A DNA stretch of 63,668 nucleotides, filler included, from Octopus bimaculoides (Eukaryota), in the NCBI RefSeq assembly GCF_001194135.2. It is 4 parts of 4 records of this genome, joined end to end, with 100 filler letters (N's around TTAATTAATTAA, not from the genome) between each part and the next. Parts side by side here need not be neighbours in the genome. Positions count along the whole stretch, not along the records: positions 21,872 to 44,142 come from NC_068999.1; positions 44,243 to 56,258 come from NC_068982.1; 2 more parts are not named here. One strand, 5' to 3'. Positions 29,846 through 44,350 of this stretch are shown piece after piece (positions within the stretch are counted from its first letter, which is position 1; each line of letters starts with the position of its first letter). Both the position numbers and the translations under genes were made by a program. Under the pieces are notes generated by a model. It was not told the DNA's origin. It worked only from the letters and a program-made list of their open reading frames with translations, and did not search any database.

Positions 29846-32499
29846 ATTTAATGATAATAAAATTAATATTTGCAATATCGCGTTTGAAAGCAATTATTTG
29901 TTTAATAGCAAAAGACAAACAAATAGTTGATACATCGATCTAATTTAATGGTCAGTTTTTTCCCCAAATAAACACATCTGAATGATGTACTCTCAAACTA
30001 CAAATATAACAACACATTTTTAAATTAAAAAAAAAAGAAGAAAAATTATACACTCTTCTAATAAAATATGCAACAACAATATCGCCGTATAATTTTATTA
30101 TTCAACTACTTTTTAGTGAGAGCCACACCAACAAAGTAATTTAACCTATCGAATGAATTATTATCTATATTTTGTCCACTATATTCACTAGAAAATACAG
30201 TCTGTTTGATTTTAAAACGATGGAAAAAAAAATATCAGTCCATCCAATTTCTATGCGTCAGCGAAATCCATTATTAATTGCTCTCAGCCGACAAAGTGAG
30301 AATTTTTGTTCGGTACAGGAAACTTCCATTCCGGTTTTATAGAATGATATTTAAAACATAAGATCCTTTTCAGCCGCAATAGAGATATTTCTATGGCGAC
30401 AGTAGCATTTCCGGTTACTTTTATTTTTACTACTGAAACGTTTGCTCTGTAAATGTTTTCAACCGATTAACATTTATAGCGAAACCCCAAACAAAATCAG
30501 TGTCACACGTCGTTTATATATTGTTCAGCTAGTAAATAATAGCTTTAAATTTAGGCAAAAGGCTGCAATTTTGATAGTGCAGCGTTAGTCGACACCGTCA
30601 AACCCTAGTACAACACTGGTACTTTATGGTATTGACCCCGGAAGCATGAAATACAATCTTGAACTTGGCGAGATTTGAACTCAGAACATAAAGACCCAGA
30701 AGAAATACCACAATTTTTTTTTTCTTTTTTAGCAATTCTGCAATCACGCAAATCAAGTTATTCTGCCAGAATAGTACCCTTAAGCTTGCAAATTATAATG
30801 ACAATAATAATTTCCTTATTCACCACAAGGGCTTTAAACATACCATATAAGGAACAATGGGGTGACGAAAACATGTACTGATTAGGAAACGACTCTATAA
30901 AAATGCGGCAACTGTGAGAGCTGGAAGAAGAGCTGTTGAGCATTTTGTTCGGCTAGTTAACGATTCCACCACTAAAGTTATTATTTCTCGGCCTAACAGT
31001 CACAATAGTAGTAATATTAATGAAGAAGAAGAAGAAGAAAAGGAAGTTGAAGTTGAAGAGGTTTTAAATCACTGTGTGCCATAAGGAAATTTTAAAAACT
31101 TAAATGCTTACGGCCTTAAACAAAAAGTTATTCAGACAACATGTCTGAGACATTGTTTTGTGTAATTGTTTCTTTTAGAATGACCAAACTATGGTCTTTC
31201 ATTTGAAGAGAATTGCAAAATTTTGAATTGTAAATTTGAAGTAAGTCAAATGACCTCAAGCGGAGTTTCAAGCAAAACCTTGGTATAGACCTACTGGTAA
31301 CTTCCTTTTTGTTCTACAGAACGGACCATGATTTAATTAGTACGAATTGATTTCTTACATTATTAAAAGCTACGCATCTTGGCGCATGCGTGAGGTATTG
31401 TCGAGCACATCAGCCTTGGTAACAATTGATTTCTTCAAACTTTCTGATTATTTCCTTTCTTCTATTTGAAAAAAAGAGGAATCTTTCCCGAGCTTTAGAC
31501 AACTTTTGTAACACCGTCGAAAATCTGTTTATCCTTGTTTTTATTTATTGTCATTAACTTACATATTTTGTTTCATTTCTCGTTCTTGCTTTTCTGTAAA
31601 ACTTGTGTTTCCATTACTTACATTATTTACACGCTTTGCAATATTTAAAACAAGTTTCAAGTCTTTCATTCTTTTACTCGTATTTATTTCATTGTTTCTG
31701 AAATTCCGTACGTTTTCTTGTTTGGTGCTCAACTATTTGGAATTATTAGTGTTGATTCTTTCGTTATTAATGGAACATTAACTTCTGTATTAATAGTTAT
31801 TAACAAATGATGTTTATATTCATTTCAAATTTCGACCCAAGTTTTGAGAAGGGGCTAAAGTTGATTACATGGAGCCCAGTAATTGAATTCGAAGGTAATG
31901 ATCAATTTAATACCACTAAGCATTTTCTCCTTGATAGCAGCATGTACAAAACTGTTATCTGTAGTGTGTACCCTGGACTTACTTGAAACTTTGGATGTAA
32001 CTCTTGGCTGCAAGAGATTGTCTTTGTCGGCTCAATTAGCATGCGACTCTACAAGTTTTCGACTGTCAAATTTGGTCTCCTCGAAGTTTATGGAAGATAG
32101 AAAATACTTTTGTAAACTCCATCGCAATAGTAACAAATCTGGAAGCAAGTTAATGCAAAAGGAAACTTGTAAATAAAACATGGTTTGCTTCACTTCAACA
32201 TTTCTGATGTACATTAATTAGATACACGGTTAGGGAATTAATCACGGCAAAAGTGGTGATGCTATTTCTAGAAACTTCACTATTAAAATGCTGGGAATCT
32301 GAAGCTGGCTGTTGCTGATGTCAAGTCAATCAGTTAATTTGAAATGAAAACTACAGCTAAAATCATCGACCTCAGGTTAACTTGAAGCTAATGAAAGAAA
32401 CAGGGTTTGTATAATCAAGGCAAAGAGGCGGTGTGTATAACATTGACTACCAAACCTGAAATACATATAGCTAAACAGATACACGTGCACACAATCAGT

Positions 32500-32536
<37 letters not shown>

Positions 32537-33186
32537 TATAGCCGAAGAAAACATACTCACACTTCAATGAGAATTGTCATATAGTGAAAATGTATATGAA
32601 AACACACACACTAGGTATCGACCTATTTAAATATAGGTCGATACATGCATAGATAGATAGATAGTTCGATAGATAGATAGATAGATAAAGATATACATGC
32701 ATATATTCTTTCTTATTGATCGTATTCTTATTGTTAATGTTGTTGTTGTAGATTGGTAGGATGGTTAGAGCGTCGAAAAAATGCTTTGCCGTAATTCTGG
32801 CTAAGGACCATTTTATCTTCCGTCGCACCGATATTGATAAAACACCAGTCAAGTGCTGAGGTGAAAGGCATCAATTAACCACATTTCCTCAAGCCTATTG
32901 GCCTCGCACCTAAATCGGAATTCAATATTAAGAGATTCAAATCTTAACACAAGGCAAACAATTTCGTGGGGAGGGTGTAAGCCGGCAACGTTGATCCCAC
33001 TGCTCAGCTGATACATATTTCATCGAGCCCGAAAGGGTAAAAAGACAAACACAACCTCGGTGGAATTTGAACTCAGAACTCAAAGACTGACGAAATGCCG
33101 CTGAGTATTCGGCGAATAAACGATTCTGTCAGCTCGACGCCCCAAGAATTCAATATTATTAGTCTACTATTATACTGCTGCTGCTG

Positions 33187-33217
<31 letters not shown>

Positions 33218-33966
33218 AACTACTACTTCTACTGCTGCTGCTGCTGCTTCTACAATTATTCCTCTCGCTGCTGCTGTGGGTGCTGCTGCTGCCACTACCA
33301 AAAAGTATGTTGTTAAGGCCTGTTGTGCTTGTTTTACTCTAGCGTTTGACTTTAGATTTAACCCGAGAATTAGTGCAGCATAAAAGCGGGAAGTCGGAAA
33401 TCTTGGCCTGAATATGAGCATCTGATTGAACTCCGCCAAAAATACACGTGGGTAAAGTTTATGCTTAAACTGGGCAATGAAACTCAAGAAAAATAGCAGA
33501 TATGTTTCTTTCGAGAGGCATCGTTCATTCTTTCACATATATGTCAATTAAAATCTATTGTCAAAGACAGGCTTGATGCAGCTAGATATAACTTTAAACA
33601 TACGTAGCTACCACGCGAACTTTTTAACCACATATGCCATGCATTGGTAAATTTGTCTTTCATCATGGAGTATCTAAATCGGCTGAAGTTAACCAACAAG
33701 AGAACCAAACTACGGAACAATACTAATTTATCTGACGATAGATTCCACATACAAATTGTATGTAACCAAACGAGTTGGATACGTGACTTGGCTCTGCGGA
33801 AACTTTGGACAACTTTGAACTGAATCGCAATTCCATTTCCTGCAGTTGTTGAACTCATGTCTTCGTCTTTCACCTTTTCTCTCTCATCCCCTCTCGCTCT
33901 TTGAAATTGAATTTGGCGTTTTACTCAAAGAAAACTAAACATTAGCAAGATATGCATATACATACC

Positions 33967-34026
<60 letters not shown>

Positions 34027-34720
34027 NNNNNNNNNNNNNNNNNNNNNNNNNNNNNNNATATACGTGTGTGTGTGTGTGTGTGTCTGTATGTATGTATGTA
34101 TGTATGTATGTATGTATGTAGACAAATATGTTGGTAAGCATGTACACATATTCTATTTTGAACTTTAAACTCATTATACCAGGCTTCAGTCTTTGAAATT
34201 GACAAGAAAAATCAGCAACAAAAGTTATAAACTAATAGCTATAAATGTGTGTGTGTGTTTATACACACGTATACACACGTGCGCATGCGCACGTGTATAT
34301 ATATACATTCTATTAAATCATTTGTTGTGTAGTGTAATTTACAATTAATAGAGTGTTTACAAAGGTTTATTATAGAGCCGTCGGTGAGATGTAACATTCC
34401 AATATGGCTTCTCTTCTGCAAAAACTTCCTGGCATGTCTCAGAGAGAATATTTTGCAGAGATCAGATTCAGTAAAAACACGCTGAACAAGAGACTATGGT
34501 TTCCAAACGAAGATGGCGAACAAGAAAGAAAAAAAGCATACAGAATAAATAAAATGAAACTAAAAAGAAAATAACACACATTGAGACAAATTGCCTGTAA
34601 AAATGTATATAACAGCAACCATAACATCATCAACAGTTATTTGCTATTGGCCGATCGTTTCTGTATTGTGGAAAAATATAAATGAAAGAAGCCCACACAC
34701 TCACACACACACACACACGT

Positions 34721-34754
<34 letters not shown>

Positions 34755-35342
34755 ACGCACGTACGCACACACACACACACACACACGTACACACACACAC
34801 ACGTACGCACACACACACACACATATACGCATTCACACACGCGGACGCACAATCACACACACTCACGCACAAACAAAACACGAATGGGAGGAATTGTTTA
34901 GGGTTTTTTTTTTGTGGGTTTTTATTTTTCTTCGCAGACTGACTGAAGATAACAATGGAATATCGCAGACTGAACTTGTTGGCACACGCTTCAAGAGTTC
35001 TAAGAATCTAAGTGATGTTTGTTGTTGTTGCATGCGCCATCATTGGGCTTGATCGTCGTCGCCGTTGCCACAGTCACCAACCTCGTCCCCTTCCTTCCCA
35101 TCTTCGTCTTTTTCCTCCTCACCAACATCACAACCACCATTATCTTCATTATCATTATCATGTGATGATAAAGAAATAGAAGAGAGGAGAAAGAAGGAAA
35201 GAAAAACAGAATAGAACATAGGTGAAGAAGGGGGAGATGTAGAAAGAGGGGGAGTGGGAGAAAAGAAACAGTAGTAGGAGGAGAATAAGGATGAGAAACA
35301 GCGAAGGCGGAGGAGAAACAGGAATCAGGAAAGAATGAAAAA

Positions 35343-35385
<43 letters not shown>

Positions 35386-35420
35386 TGTTGTTGTAGTTGC
35401 AGCAGCAGTAGTAGAAAAAG

Positions 35421-35451
<31 letters not shown>

Positions 35452-35672
35452 TAAGGTAGGGGAGCAATCAGGGTGTCGTATTCTAATGAGAAGTATGAAA
35501 AGGACGCTGAAGATTCCAAGAACTGTGACGTTTTCATTCCTCCCAAATAGAAGAGCTTTTTCCAACATTGCTCTAATTTGGCCATTCTCGCAGATTAAAA
35601 TGATCAATGTTTTCAATAAAATACCTGACTCTTATTTCTTTCATTTCGTCTTCTCCCTCTTCTCTCTCTCTT

Positions 35673-35731
<59 letters not shown>

Positions 35732-35884
35732 CTCTCTTTGTCTCTCTCTTTCTCTCTCTCTCTTTCTCTCTCTTTCTCACTCTTTCACTGTATAAAACAC
35801 ACACACACATCTTTTATCTTTTATCTTTTATTTATTCCAGTCCATGCTGGGGCAGTGCCTCGAAAGTTTTTGTCCAACAAAGCC

Positions 35885-36260
35885 ACACCAAGGCACACGA
35901 CGACGAGGGTTCCAGTAGATCCGATCAACGAAACAGCCTACTCGTGAAATTGACGTGCAAGTGGCTGAGCACTCCACAGACGTGTCTACCCTTAACACAG
36001 TTTTCGGGGAGATTCAGCGTGATACAGAGTGTGACATGGCTGGCCCTTTAAAATACAGGTAAAACAGAAACTGGAAGAAAGAATGTGAGAAAGTTTTGGT
36101 GAAACAGTACAGCAGAGTTTACCACCACCCCCTGCCGGAGCCTCGTGGAGCTTCAGGTAATTTCGCTCAATAAGCACTCACAACGCCCGGTCTGGGAATC
36201 GAAATCGCGATCCTACGACTGCGAGTCCGCTGCCCTAACCACTGGGCCATTGCACTTCAC
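35885..36260 (-). mobile_element. tRNA-headed composite SINE
   Basis: Head gtgcaatggcccagtggttagggcagcggactcgcagtcgtaggatcgcgatttcgattccc; core shared with 5760-6044, tail shared with 671-918. Confidence 0.7.
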
Positions 36261-37114
36261 ACACACACACATGCACACATGCACATGCACACATGCACAC
36301 ACACACACACATATATATATGTATGCATGTATGTATGCATGATGTATCTATGTATGTTTGTGCATTGATTCAAAAAGGGATATCTAACTACCTATTACCC
36401 AAATTTACACAGGTACTCGCACATACGCACATACGCACATACGCACTCACAGATATATATTAATAGATAAATACACACATACATACATACACACATAAAT
36501 GTACAACTTTTTTCCCAAATCTAGTTTTGAATCCGAAATCTAGCTTCATTCAAAACACTGAACTAAAAAGTACATAACCGAAAACAACTTACACAGACCC
36601 TGTCACGTTTAATTATTACAAGAAATATTGTTAATATCTTTTTCGAGGTCTATGTCTTAAATAATTTCATACGTTTCTACGATATTACTAATTCTCTGAA
36701 GAGACTAGAACGAGGTGCCATAAACCATGTAATGATTGTCAATTCGTCTCGACGGAATACTAACGATGTGCTTTCAACGAAAAATGTAATAGTGCTTTCG
36801 AAAAATTTCAAATAATTCTCAATTATTCAACCTTTTAAAATATCAGAGACAAGTTTATTTATTTAGATGAAAAATGTCTTCCATTACTTCTAAGAATAAA
36901 TACATATATGTTATTGATTTAACTTACAAGATACTCACAAACAGAGAGAAATAGAAGAGAAGGATTTAGTCGAGAAGGAAATTGAAGAAAACTCAACGAT
37001 GTGTTCGATACCGAAAGCATTCCAGTCACCAAATCTGCTGCATAATTTGCTGTGAGAATAAAATGATTTCTTGCACGTTCAGTAATATATCTGTAATACC
37101 GCTTCGTTATTTTA

Positions 37115-37165
<51 letters not shown>

Positions 37166-37254
37166 TTGTCTGCCTGTCTTCTGTCTATCCATCTACCTGT
37201 TTGTCTGCCTCTCTATCTGTCTTCCGTCTGTCTCCCTGTTTACCTAACCATCGA

Positions 37255-37313
<59 letters not shown>

Positions 37314-37426
37314 NNNNNNNNNNNNNNNNNNNNNNNNNNNNNNNNNNNNNNNNNNNNNNNNNNNNNNNNNNNNNNNNNNNNNNNNNNNNNNNNNNNNNNN
37401 NNNNNNNNNNNNNNNNNNNNNNNNNN

Positions 37427-37497
<71 letters not shown>

Positions 37498-38559
37498 ACG
37501 GAACGGCAAGGAACAGAAATGACGTAATCTCTTCACCTGTTCCTGCTATAAGAAGCAGTTACCCTCGGAGCTGAGTGTTTGCGCATCACATTAAATCTTC
37601 GTTGGAGCCTTTTAAATGATATGCATTTATATTTGGGAAAGCATTTCAATTCAAGGAAATGTTTACCTTCGAAATGTTAAAAATACAAATAATGTGTGTA
37701 AAATTTGAATGAGAGAAGCCAATCTCAGAAATATGCAGATTTCGATAATCTTACGTATTTACGGAGGCACAAACTGAAGGCCATTACATATAAAGTAGAA
37801 AGCAGAATTTTATTCATCAGCATTTTGGATGCTTTCCTTTTCTATGTTTCTTCATGGGAGTTTTGGCGGTGACTCACATGTACCTGTTTAACTGTGTAAT
37901 AAAAGACATATTCCTTATACATATGTCTCTACAGGCGTAGTTACACGTACGTGAGCGCGTTTGTGTGTATGCACGCGTATGTGCTTGTGAGTGTGTTTGC
38001 GTGTGTGTGTGTGTGTGTGTGTGCGTGTGTGTGTATGTATTCATTCTGCGCCTGTGTAAATACATAGAATTATTTACATCTGCATATTCGTGGGAATGGC
38101 TTCTTTTCCTCAAACACTACACACCATTCCTTATGTATTTTTTTTTATCATTTCGATAATGACCTTTGACAGGCATTTGAAAGCTTTACCAAATAAAGAT
38201 ACACTTCATTTTAAAAGCTCCGAGCAAGATATAAGGTAATGAATCAGCAATGAGCTCTGCGTGCACAGCGTCCTATAGCAGAAACACCTTTAAGCCAATG
38301 TTCTCTCGTCATCAGTTCTTATTACCTTCTGTACTTGATTAACGCTTTATTCTAAAACATATGTGTATTGGGTTCTAACAGCGGGTTATTGGTATCTTTA
38401 TGCTTTTAAGAGATATATGTGTGTTTGCATATGTGTGCGTGGGTTTGTGTGTGCGCGCGCGCGCGCGAGTGTATATACATAAACACGAAAAGGAAGACAG
38501 ATTAGGGAGACTAATTGTGTTAATCCTGGCTTTTCTTTTAATATTCATTAGTTAATTTC

Positions 38560-38772
38560 TTTTCTGCTCTAAGCACAAGGCCCGAAATTTTGGTAAGGAG
38601 AGGGCCAGTCGATTGGTTATACTCCAGTGCGAAACTGGTACTTAATTTATCGACCCCGAAGGATGACAGACAAAATCGACCTGGGCGAAATTTGAACTCA
38701 GAACATAAAGACAGACGAAATACCGCTTAGCATTTCGCTGGGCGTGCTAACGTTTCTGCCAGCTCGCCGCCT
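38560..38772 (-). mobile_element. Family A SINE
   Basis: Near-consensus head ggcggcgagctggcagaaacgttagcacgcc. Confidence 0.8.
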
Positions 38773-40639
38773 TATAGTTAGTTAGATTACATGTTCAAAG
38801 TCGTAGGCTTGTTGTTTCTAGTGTTGTTATCATTTTATATGTGTTGGTGGTGGTTCAGTAGGTTTTGATCTATACGTTTAGTTCGCTAATTCTATGTTAT
38901 CCTAAAGTCTCTCGTGAGAGGAATTTCTTCATTTTATGGATACTGTTATGTTTTTCTTCAAATTTCTAACTTTGTGGCAATAAGTCATTTTATATTCGAT
39001 GTTGTCATTTATAACAATAATCGGGTGCTGGTGTAAGGGGCATATTACGCTAATGTTTCGCCCTTACTGCTTATCTATTGATTCTTAGGAAGAGTTTGTT
39101 TGTTTTTTTTTCGTTACTGAAGCTGTTTACACCGCTGGATTGAATGGTATTGCCCAGGTGCTGAAATAGTAGTGATATCTGCTGGGCAGCTGAAGAAGTC
39201 AACGTATGCCTGATATGCTTGCTTGTGAATCTTTCATATCATCAGAGTCTGGTTATGCTGAGTTGCTCTCCATTCTCTTCAAGTTGAACATGTTTATCGT
39301 GATTTTATATTTTGATATTGCTTAGGCTCGTATAAAACTTATTGATGGTTTCTAGTTTTGTGGAGGTCCTCTGGGGTATATTAAAACAAGTTCACTCTAA
39401 TTAATGTTTCGTAGGCACAGTAGAATTCGCCACAATTTACAGTTATACAGAAATACAGATCGCATCAAAGCAAGTTCAAATAAATAGTTTCTCTTGGTGA
39501 GAAAATGCTGCCCTCCATTGGTCAGTTCAAGTCATGTCGCTATTTCTTTAAACATCAACAGCAATGCAATCCAGTATATACCACTTGCGTTACAACAGGC
39601 GACATGTAGCTATAATGAAACCAGGTCGTCTGCGATCATAGCACGTGGAAAGATAACCCGGTTATTGCCATATGGTAACATGGTCTGAAACTATTTAATG
39701 TTTTCGGTAATTTCACTTCACTCTGATACTGTACATCTGAGGATATAGTCGTGCCTTGTGCTGCTTCTTTTTAGCGGTTCCAGTTTCCGTTTGCTTATCT
39801 ACCGGTGTATGTATGTTTATATATCACACATATACATGTACAAACATTCGTATGTATTATATACATTATGTGTGTAAGTATATCTGTAAATATATGCATA
39901 TATGCATAAATACATACACATACGAACACACATATACATGTATATACACATACATACACGTATATATTGTTGTATCTTCTGCATTGAGTAATCATTTTCT
40001 CGCATATGTATAGAGAAGCTTTTGTATCCATTTAGTGATGATTATGCATGTTCAATGAAGTATATTTATGGCTAAAACCATAACACATTAGAAAATAACC
40101 TCATGTTATACATATTAAATTCGATATACAACTTATACGCAATATGTCGTTTCTGGAGCAAGCTCGCATGACAATAAAATAACTGGAGTGATAACATAAG
40201 CATCACAGAAAATGAGGGGGAAGAGAAGATAGATATATTTAATATATGTACATGTATAGTTCTATCTCTATCACCTGATATAATTGTCTCGTGTCTTTTC
40301 CTTCTAACCATCCATATATTTCATTATAGAGTTATATATGAATTCATTTCATGTTTATGCAGCTTTTTGATAAGATATTTTTCATGAAATAACCATTTTT
40401 ATCATATATGCAAAATTGATATTATTAACTGCGAGATTTGATACTGTGTCGGGAAAATGTAAGCACAATATTTTATTTCGTTCTTTGACTTCTGAGTTCA
40501 GATCGCACCGGGATCAGCAATGCCATATATACATTCGGGGTGAATTAAATGAAATACCTATCAAGCACTGTAGTCTAAAGCATTGACGATTAACACCCGC
40601 CGCCTCCCTTCAAGATTGCTGACCTACAGCTCAAATTCC

Positions 40640-40870
40640 AATCTGCGAGCTGGCAGTATCGTAAGGCATCGGATAAAATGCTTAGCGGTGGCATTTTTTT
40701 CCGGACCTTAAAATACTCAACTCAAATTCCGCCAAGGTCGAATTTTTCTTTCATTCTTTCGGAGTTGATGAAATGAGTACCAGTTGAGGGCTGGGGTCGA
40801 TGTAATCGAGTGTCCTCCTCCCCTCAAATTTTAGGCCTTGTGTCTATAGTAGAAAAGATTATTATAATTA
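40640..40870 (+). mobile_element. Family A SINE, tail abutting the RLE 3' end
   Basis: Ends gtagaaaagattattataattatt. Confidence 0.7.
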
Positions 40871-41610
40871 TTTTCTCTTTGTCACACGTTTTCTTCCAGC
40901 CCCTGGTGTCTTGCATGCGTAGAGGACTTACTACCTGCAGCCTACGGTACCATGCTATTCGTTCTTTTCAGCTATCTAATACTTTCTTGATTATTCTGGC
41001 CATGCCAAGGAGGCAAACCTTTTGTAACAGTTCTGCTGGGCACTCTGTTCCAATTACCTTAATATTCTTCTTGGTGCCTTCTAATACTGTTCCCAAGGAT
41101 CCAGCAATAATTGTCACTATCTTCACGTTCTTCATTTCCCATAGCCAGGCTATTTCGTACTTATCGATATTTTCATCTTCCTTCTTGATTATTCGTGGGC
41201 AAAAGAGGCATGTACCATCAACTATATAGCATATGTGATACACCTTGTTGGCCACCACTAGGTCTGGTCTGTTATGCTCTAGCACTTGATCTGTTTGGTT
41301 TGGGAAATCCCAGAGGCTTTTGCTAGTCTCCGACTCTGCCACACTCTGCAGTTTATGTTCATATCACGTTTTGCCTCTCTCTAGTGCCTCACTTTTCACA
41401 CAGTTTCTAATGGAGCACTTTTGCTATTTCGTCGTGTCGCCACAACTTGTAGTGGTTTTGGGCAAGTCTAGGGCATTCGATCGTGATATGGGAAATAGTT
41501 TCATCCATTTTACTGCAGATGCGGCACAGCAGAGACACTTGCTCATTCCTCAGGTTGACTGTCACTAGCAAGATTTCCTTACTTTGGCTACGTATCTCAT
41601 TAAGCCACAT
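40871..41610 (-). mobile_element. 5'-truncated RLE (R4/Dong-like) LINE with CCHC motif and endonuclease, decayed
   Basis: CRICSKMDETISHITIEC...RHDEIAKVLH then (frameshift) SLWDFPNQTDQVLEHNRPDLVV...DKYEIAWLW...LQKVCLLGMARIIKKVLDS. Confidence 0.9.
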
Positions 41611-41692
41611 TGGGTTGGGAAATAATCGTTACTCTAAATACTGCTACAGAATATCTCGCGCTGAGAGATTTGGGAACAAGGCTCTCTCTCTC

Positions 41693-41749
<57 letters not shown>

Positions 41750-42643
41750 TCTTCATGAGTGGACCGTCGGTGTGGTATAAGTATAAACAAGTAAACCCAA
41801 ATGGACTTTTAAAATGTACAACAAATGTTCCGGCAGAAATTTATTAAACGTAGTTGTGAAAGTGAACATCATAATATATCTTCAACCATCTTCAGATAAA
41901 ATTTTAAATATGTCAGAATAAAAATATATATACACGGACGCGTGCACACACACACACATACACACAAACACACACACACACATACACATACACAGATACA
42001 GTAAACACGCACGCATACATGAGAGGGAACTGTACAACGCATGGCGACAATTCATAACGCAAGATAGATCATCAACACGACAAGTAAACTAAAGAAAGAG
42101 CTTACACCGGGAAAACAACTTTCCAAAGTTTGCTTAAAACGCCATACTTATTTTAAAAAAACAAAGGATTTTGGTATTGAATACAAACACATTTTAGTGT
42201 GACATAGTGTCTTTTCACGTGTTTGTATGTTGTATATTTGTGTGCGTGTTTGTGAGGGGTTGCGTACCACGTCTGTATAACATAGGTTCTAATTCGTTCT
42301 GTGTGCGGGTATGTGTGTGTATGTGTGTATGCATGTGTGTGTGCTTGTATGAGTTCGTAATAGTGTATACAATGATACCTTTTGGAAGCTTTACCAGTGA
42401 TAGAGTCAATATGAATTATTCAACACAAAGCTGTAATCAGACAAACATCTTTGCCTGCAAGCCAAGCACGTAAATACTGACACATACACATTCAAACACT
42501 CACGCATACATACAAAGACAAAGACACAAATACACATATATGTATTACATATATATGCATGTGTATATACATACATATATATATAGTCATGTATATATAT
42601 ATATACATGTATATATACATACATATATATATATATATAGTTA

Positions 42644-42693
<50 letters not shown>

Positions 42694-44081
42694 NNNNNNN
42701 NNNNNNNNNNNNNNNNNNNNNNNNNNNNNNNNNNNNNNNNNNNNNNNNNNNNNNNNNNNNNNNNNNNNNNNNNNNNNNNNNNNNNNNNNNNNNNNNNNNN
42801 NNNNNNNNNNNNNNNNNNNNNNNNNNNNNNNNNNNNNNNNNNNNNNNNNNNNNNNNNNNNNNNNNNNNNNNNNNNNNNNNNNNNNNNNNNNNNNNNNNNN
42901 NNNNNNNNNNNNNNNNNNNNNNNNNNNNNNNNNNNNNNNNNNNNNNNNNNNNNNNNNNNNNNNNNNNNNNNNNNNNNNNNNNNNNNNNNNNNNNNNNNNN
43001 NNNNNNNNNNNNNNNNNNNNNNNNNNNNNNNNNNNNNNNNNNNNNNNNNNNNNNNNNNNNNNNNNNNNNNNNNNNNNNNNNNNNNNNNNNNNNNNNNNNN
43101 NNNNNNNNNNNNNNNNNNNNNNNNNNNNNNNNNNNNNNNNNNNNNNNNNNNNNNNNNNNNNNNNNNNNNNNNNNNNNNNNNNNNNNNNNNNNNNNNNNNN
43201 NNNNNNNNNNNNNNNNNNNNNNNNNNNNNNNNNNNNNNNNNNNNNNNNNNNNNNNNNNNNNNNNNNNNNNNNNNNNNNNNNNNNNNNNNNNNNNNNNNNN
43301 NNNNNNNNNNNNNNNNNNNNNNNNNNNNNNNNNNNNNNNNNNNNNNNNNNNNNNNNNNNNNNNNNNNNNNNNNNNNNNNNNNNNATATATATATATATAT
43401 ATATATATATTCATATACACATATACATCCACACGCACACACACACATAAGTGCATGTATACACATTTATGTTTGTGTTTGTGATAATATGTGCAAATTT
43501 GTGCATGAATGTTAATGTTTCAAAGTGGGTAGCTGGATATTGAATATGAAGTTTAAATGGAGAGATACCTTTAAAATATCTCTGAAACCCGTATCACGGA
43601 AATCAGGCGTCAGCCAGAAAAATCAGTGCTATCAGCCATCTTAATACATAAATATAAATTCAAACGCTCTGACAAAAAACATACATCCATGCATACATAG
43701 ATGCGTATATACATACATACATACATACGTTCATACTTACATGCACACATACATACACACAAAGACACATACATACATACATATGTATGTATATAGAAAA
43801 TATATGTGTATATATATACATATACACACATATGCACGTTCGCATATATTTGCACGTGTGTGTGTGTGTATGTGTGTGTGTGTGTGTGCGTGTATAATGA
43901 TCTGGAGCTCTTAATATGTCACAAGTGATTAGATGTGAGGTGTTAAAATAAAATGAAATGGAGCTGAAACCAGAAACATAAATAAAAAGTATCCATCTAC
44001 AATAACAACTGCAAAAACATTAACAATAATATATTAAGCGTGAGCCGAGACACCAAAATGTATCGGTCGTAGCCTAAACAT

Positions 44082-44117
<36 letters not shown>

Positions 44118-44142
44118 AACCATGATACCCATGCACACGTAC

Positions 44143-44242
44143 NNNNNNNNNNNNNNNNNNNNNNNNNNNNNNNNNNNNNNNNNNNNTTAATTAATTAANN
44201 NNNNNNNNNNNNNNNNNNNNNNNNNNNNNNNNNNNNNNNNNN
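44143..44242. other. Artificial assembly linker
   Basis: 44N-TTAATTAATTAA-44N. Confidence 0.97.
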
Positions 44243-44350
44243 TTTATTATATTTCCATTCCATAAACTTTACAACCGGAATGAAATTGAAAGAAAATACA
44301 AAGAAAAGGACTTTATTAAGAAATTCAAACCCACTCTTAACAAACAATGA
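44243..44350 (+). mobile_element. Penelope-like element, GIY-YIG C-terminal fragment (cut by the linker)
   Basis: FIIFPFHKLYNRNEIERKYKEKDFIKKFKPTLNKQ* matches the R..E..FI..FKP.LN end of PLE endonucleases. Confidence 0.65.

Noticed and set aside
33544-33873. 109-aa minus-strand ORF
   Set aside because: No domain, no linked exons; both strands are partly open, consistent with chance or UTR.
39000-39350. Possible Penelope reverse-transcriptase thumb remnant (minus strand)
   Set aside because: Similarity is limited to a few residues across frameshifts.
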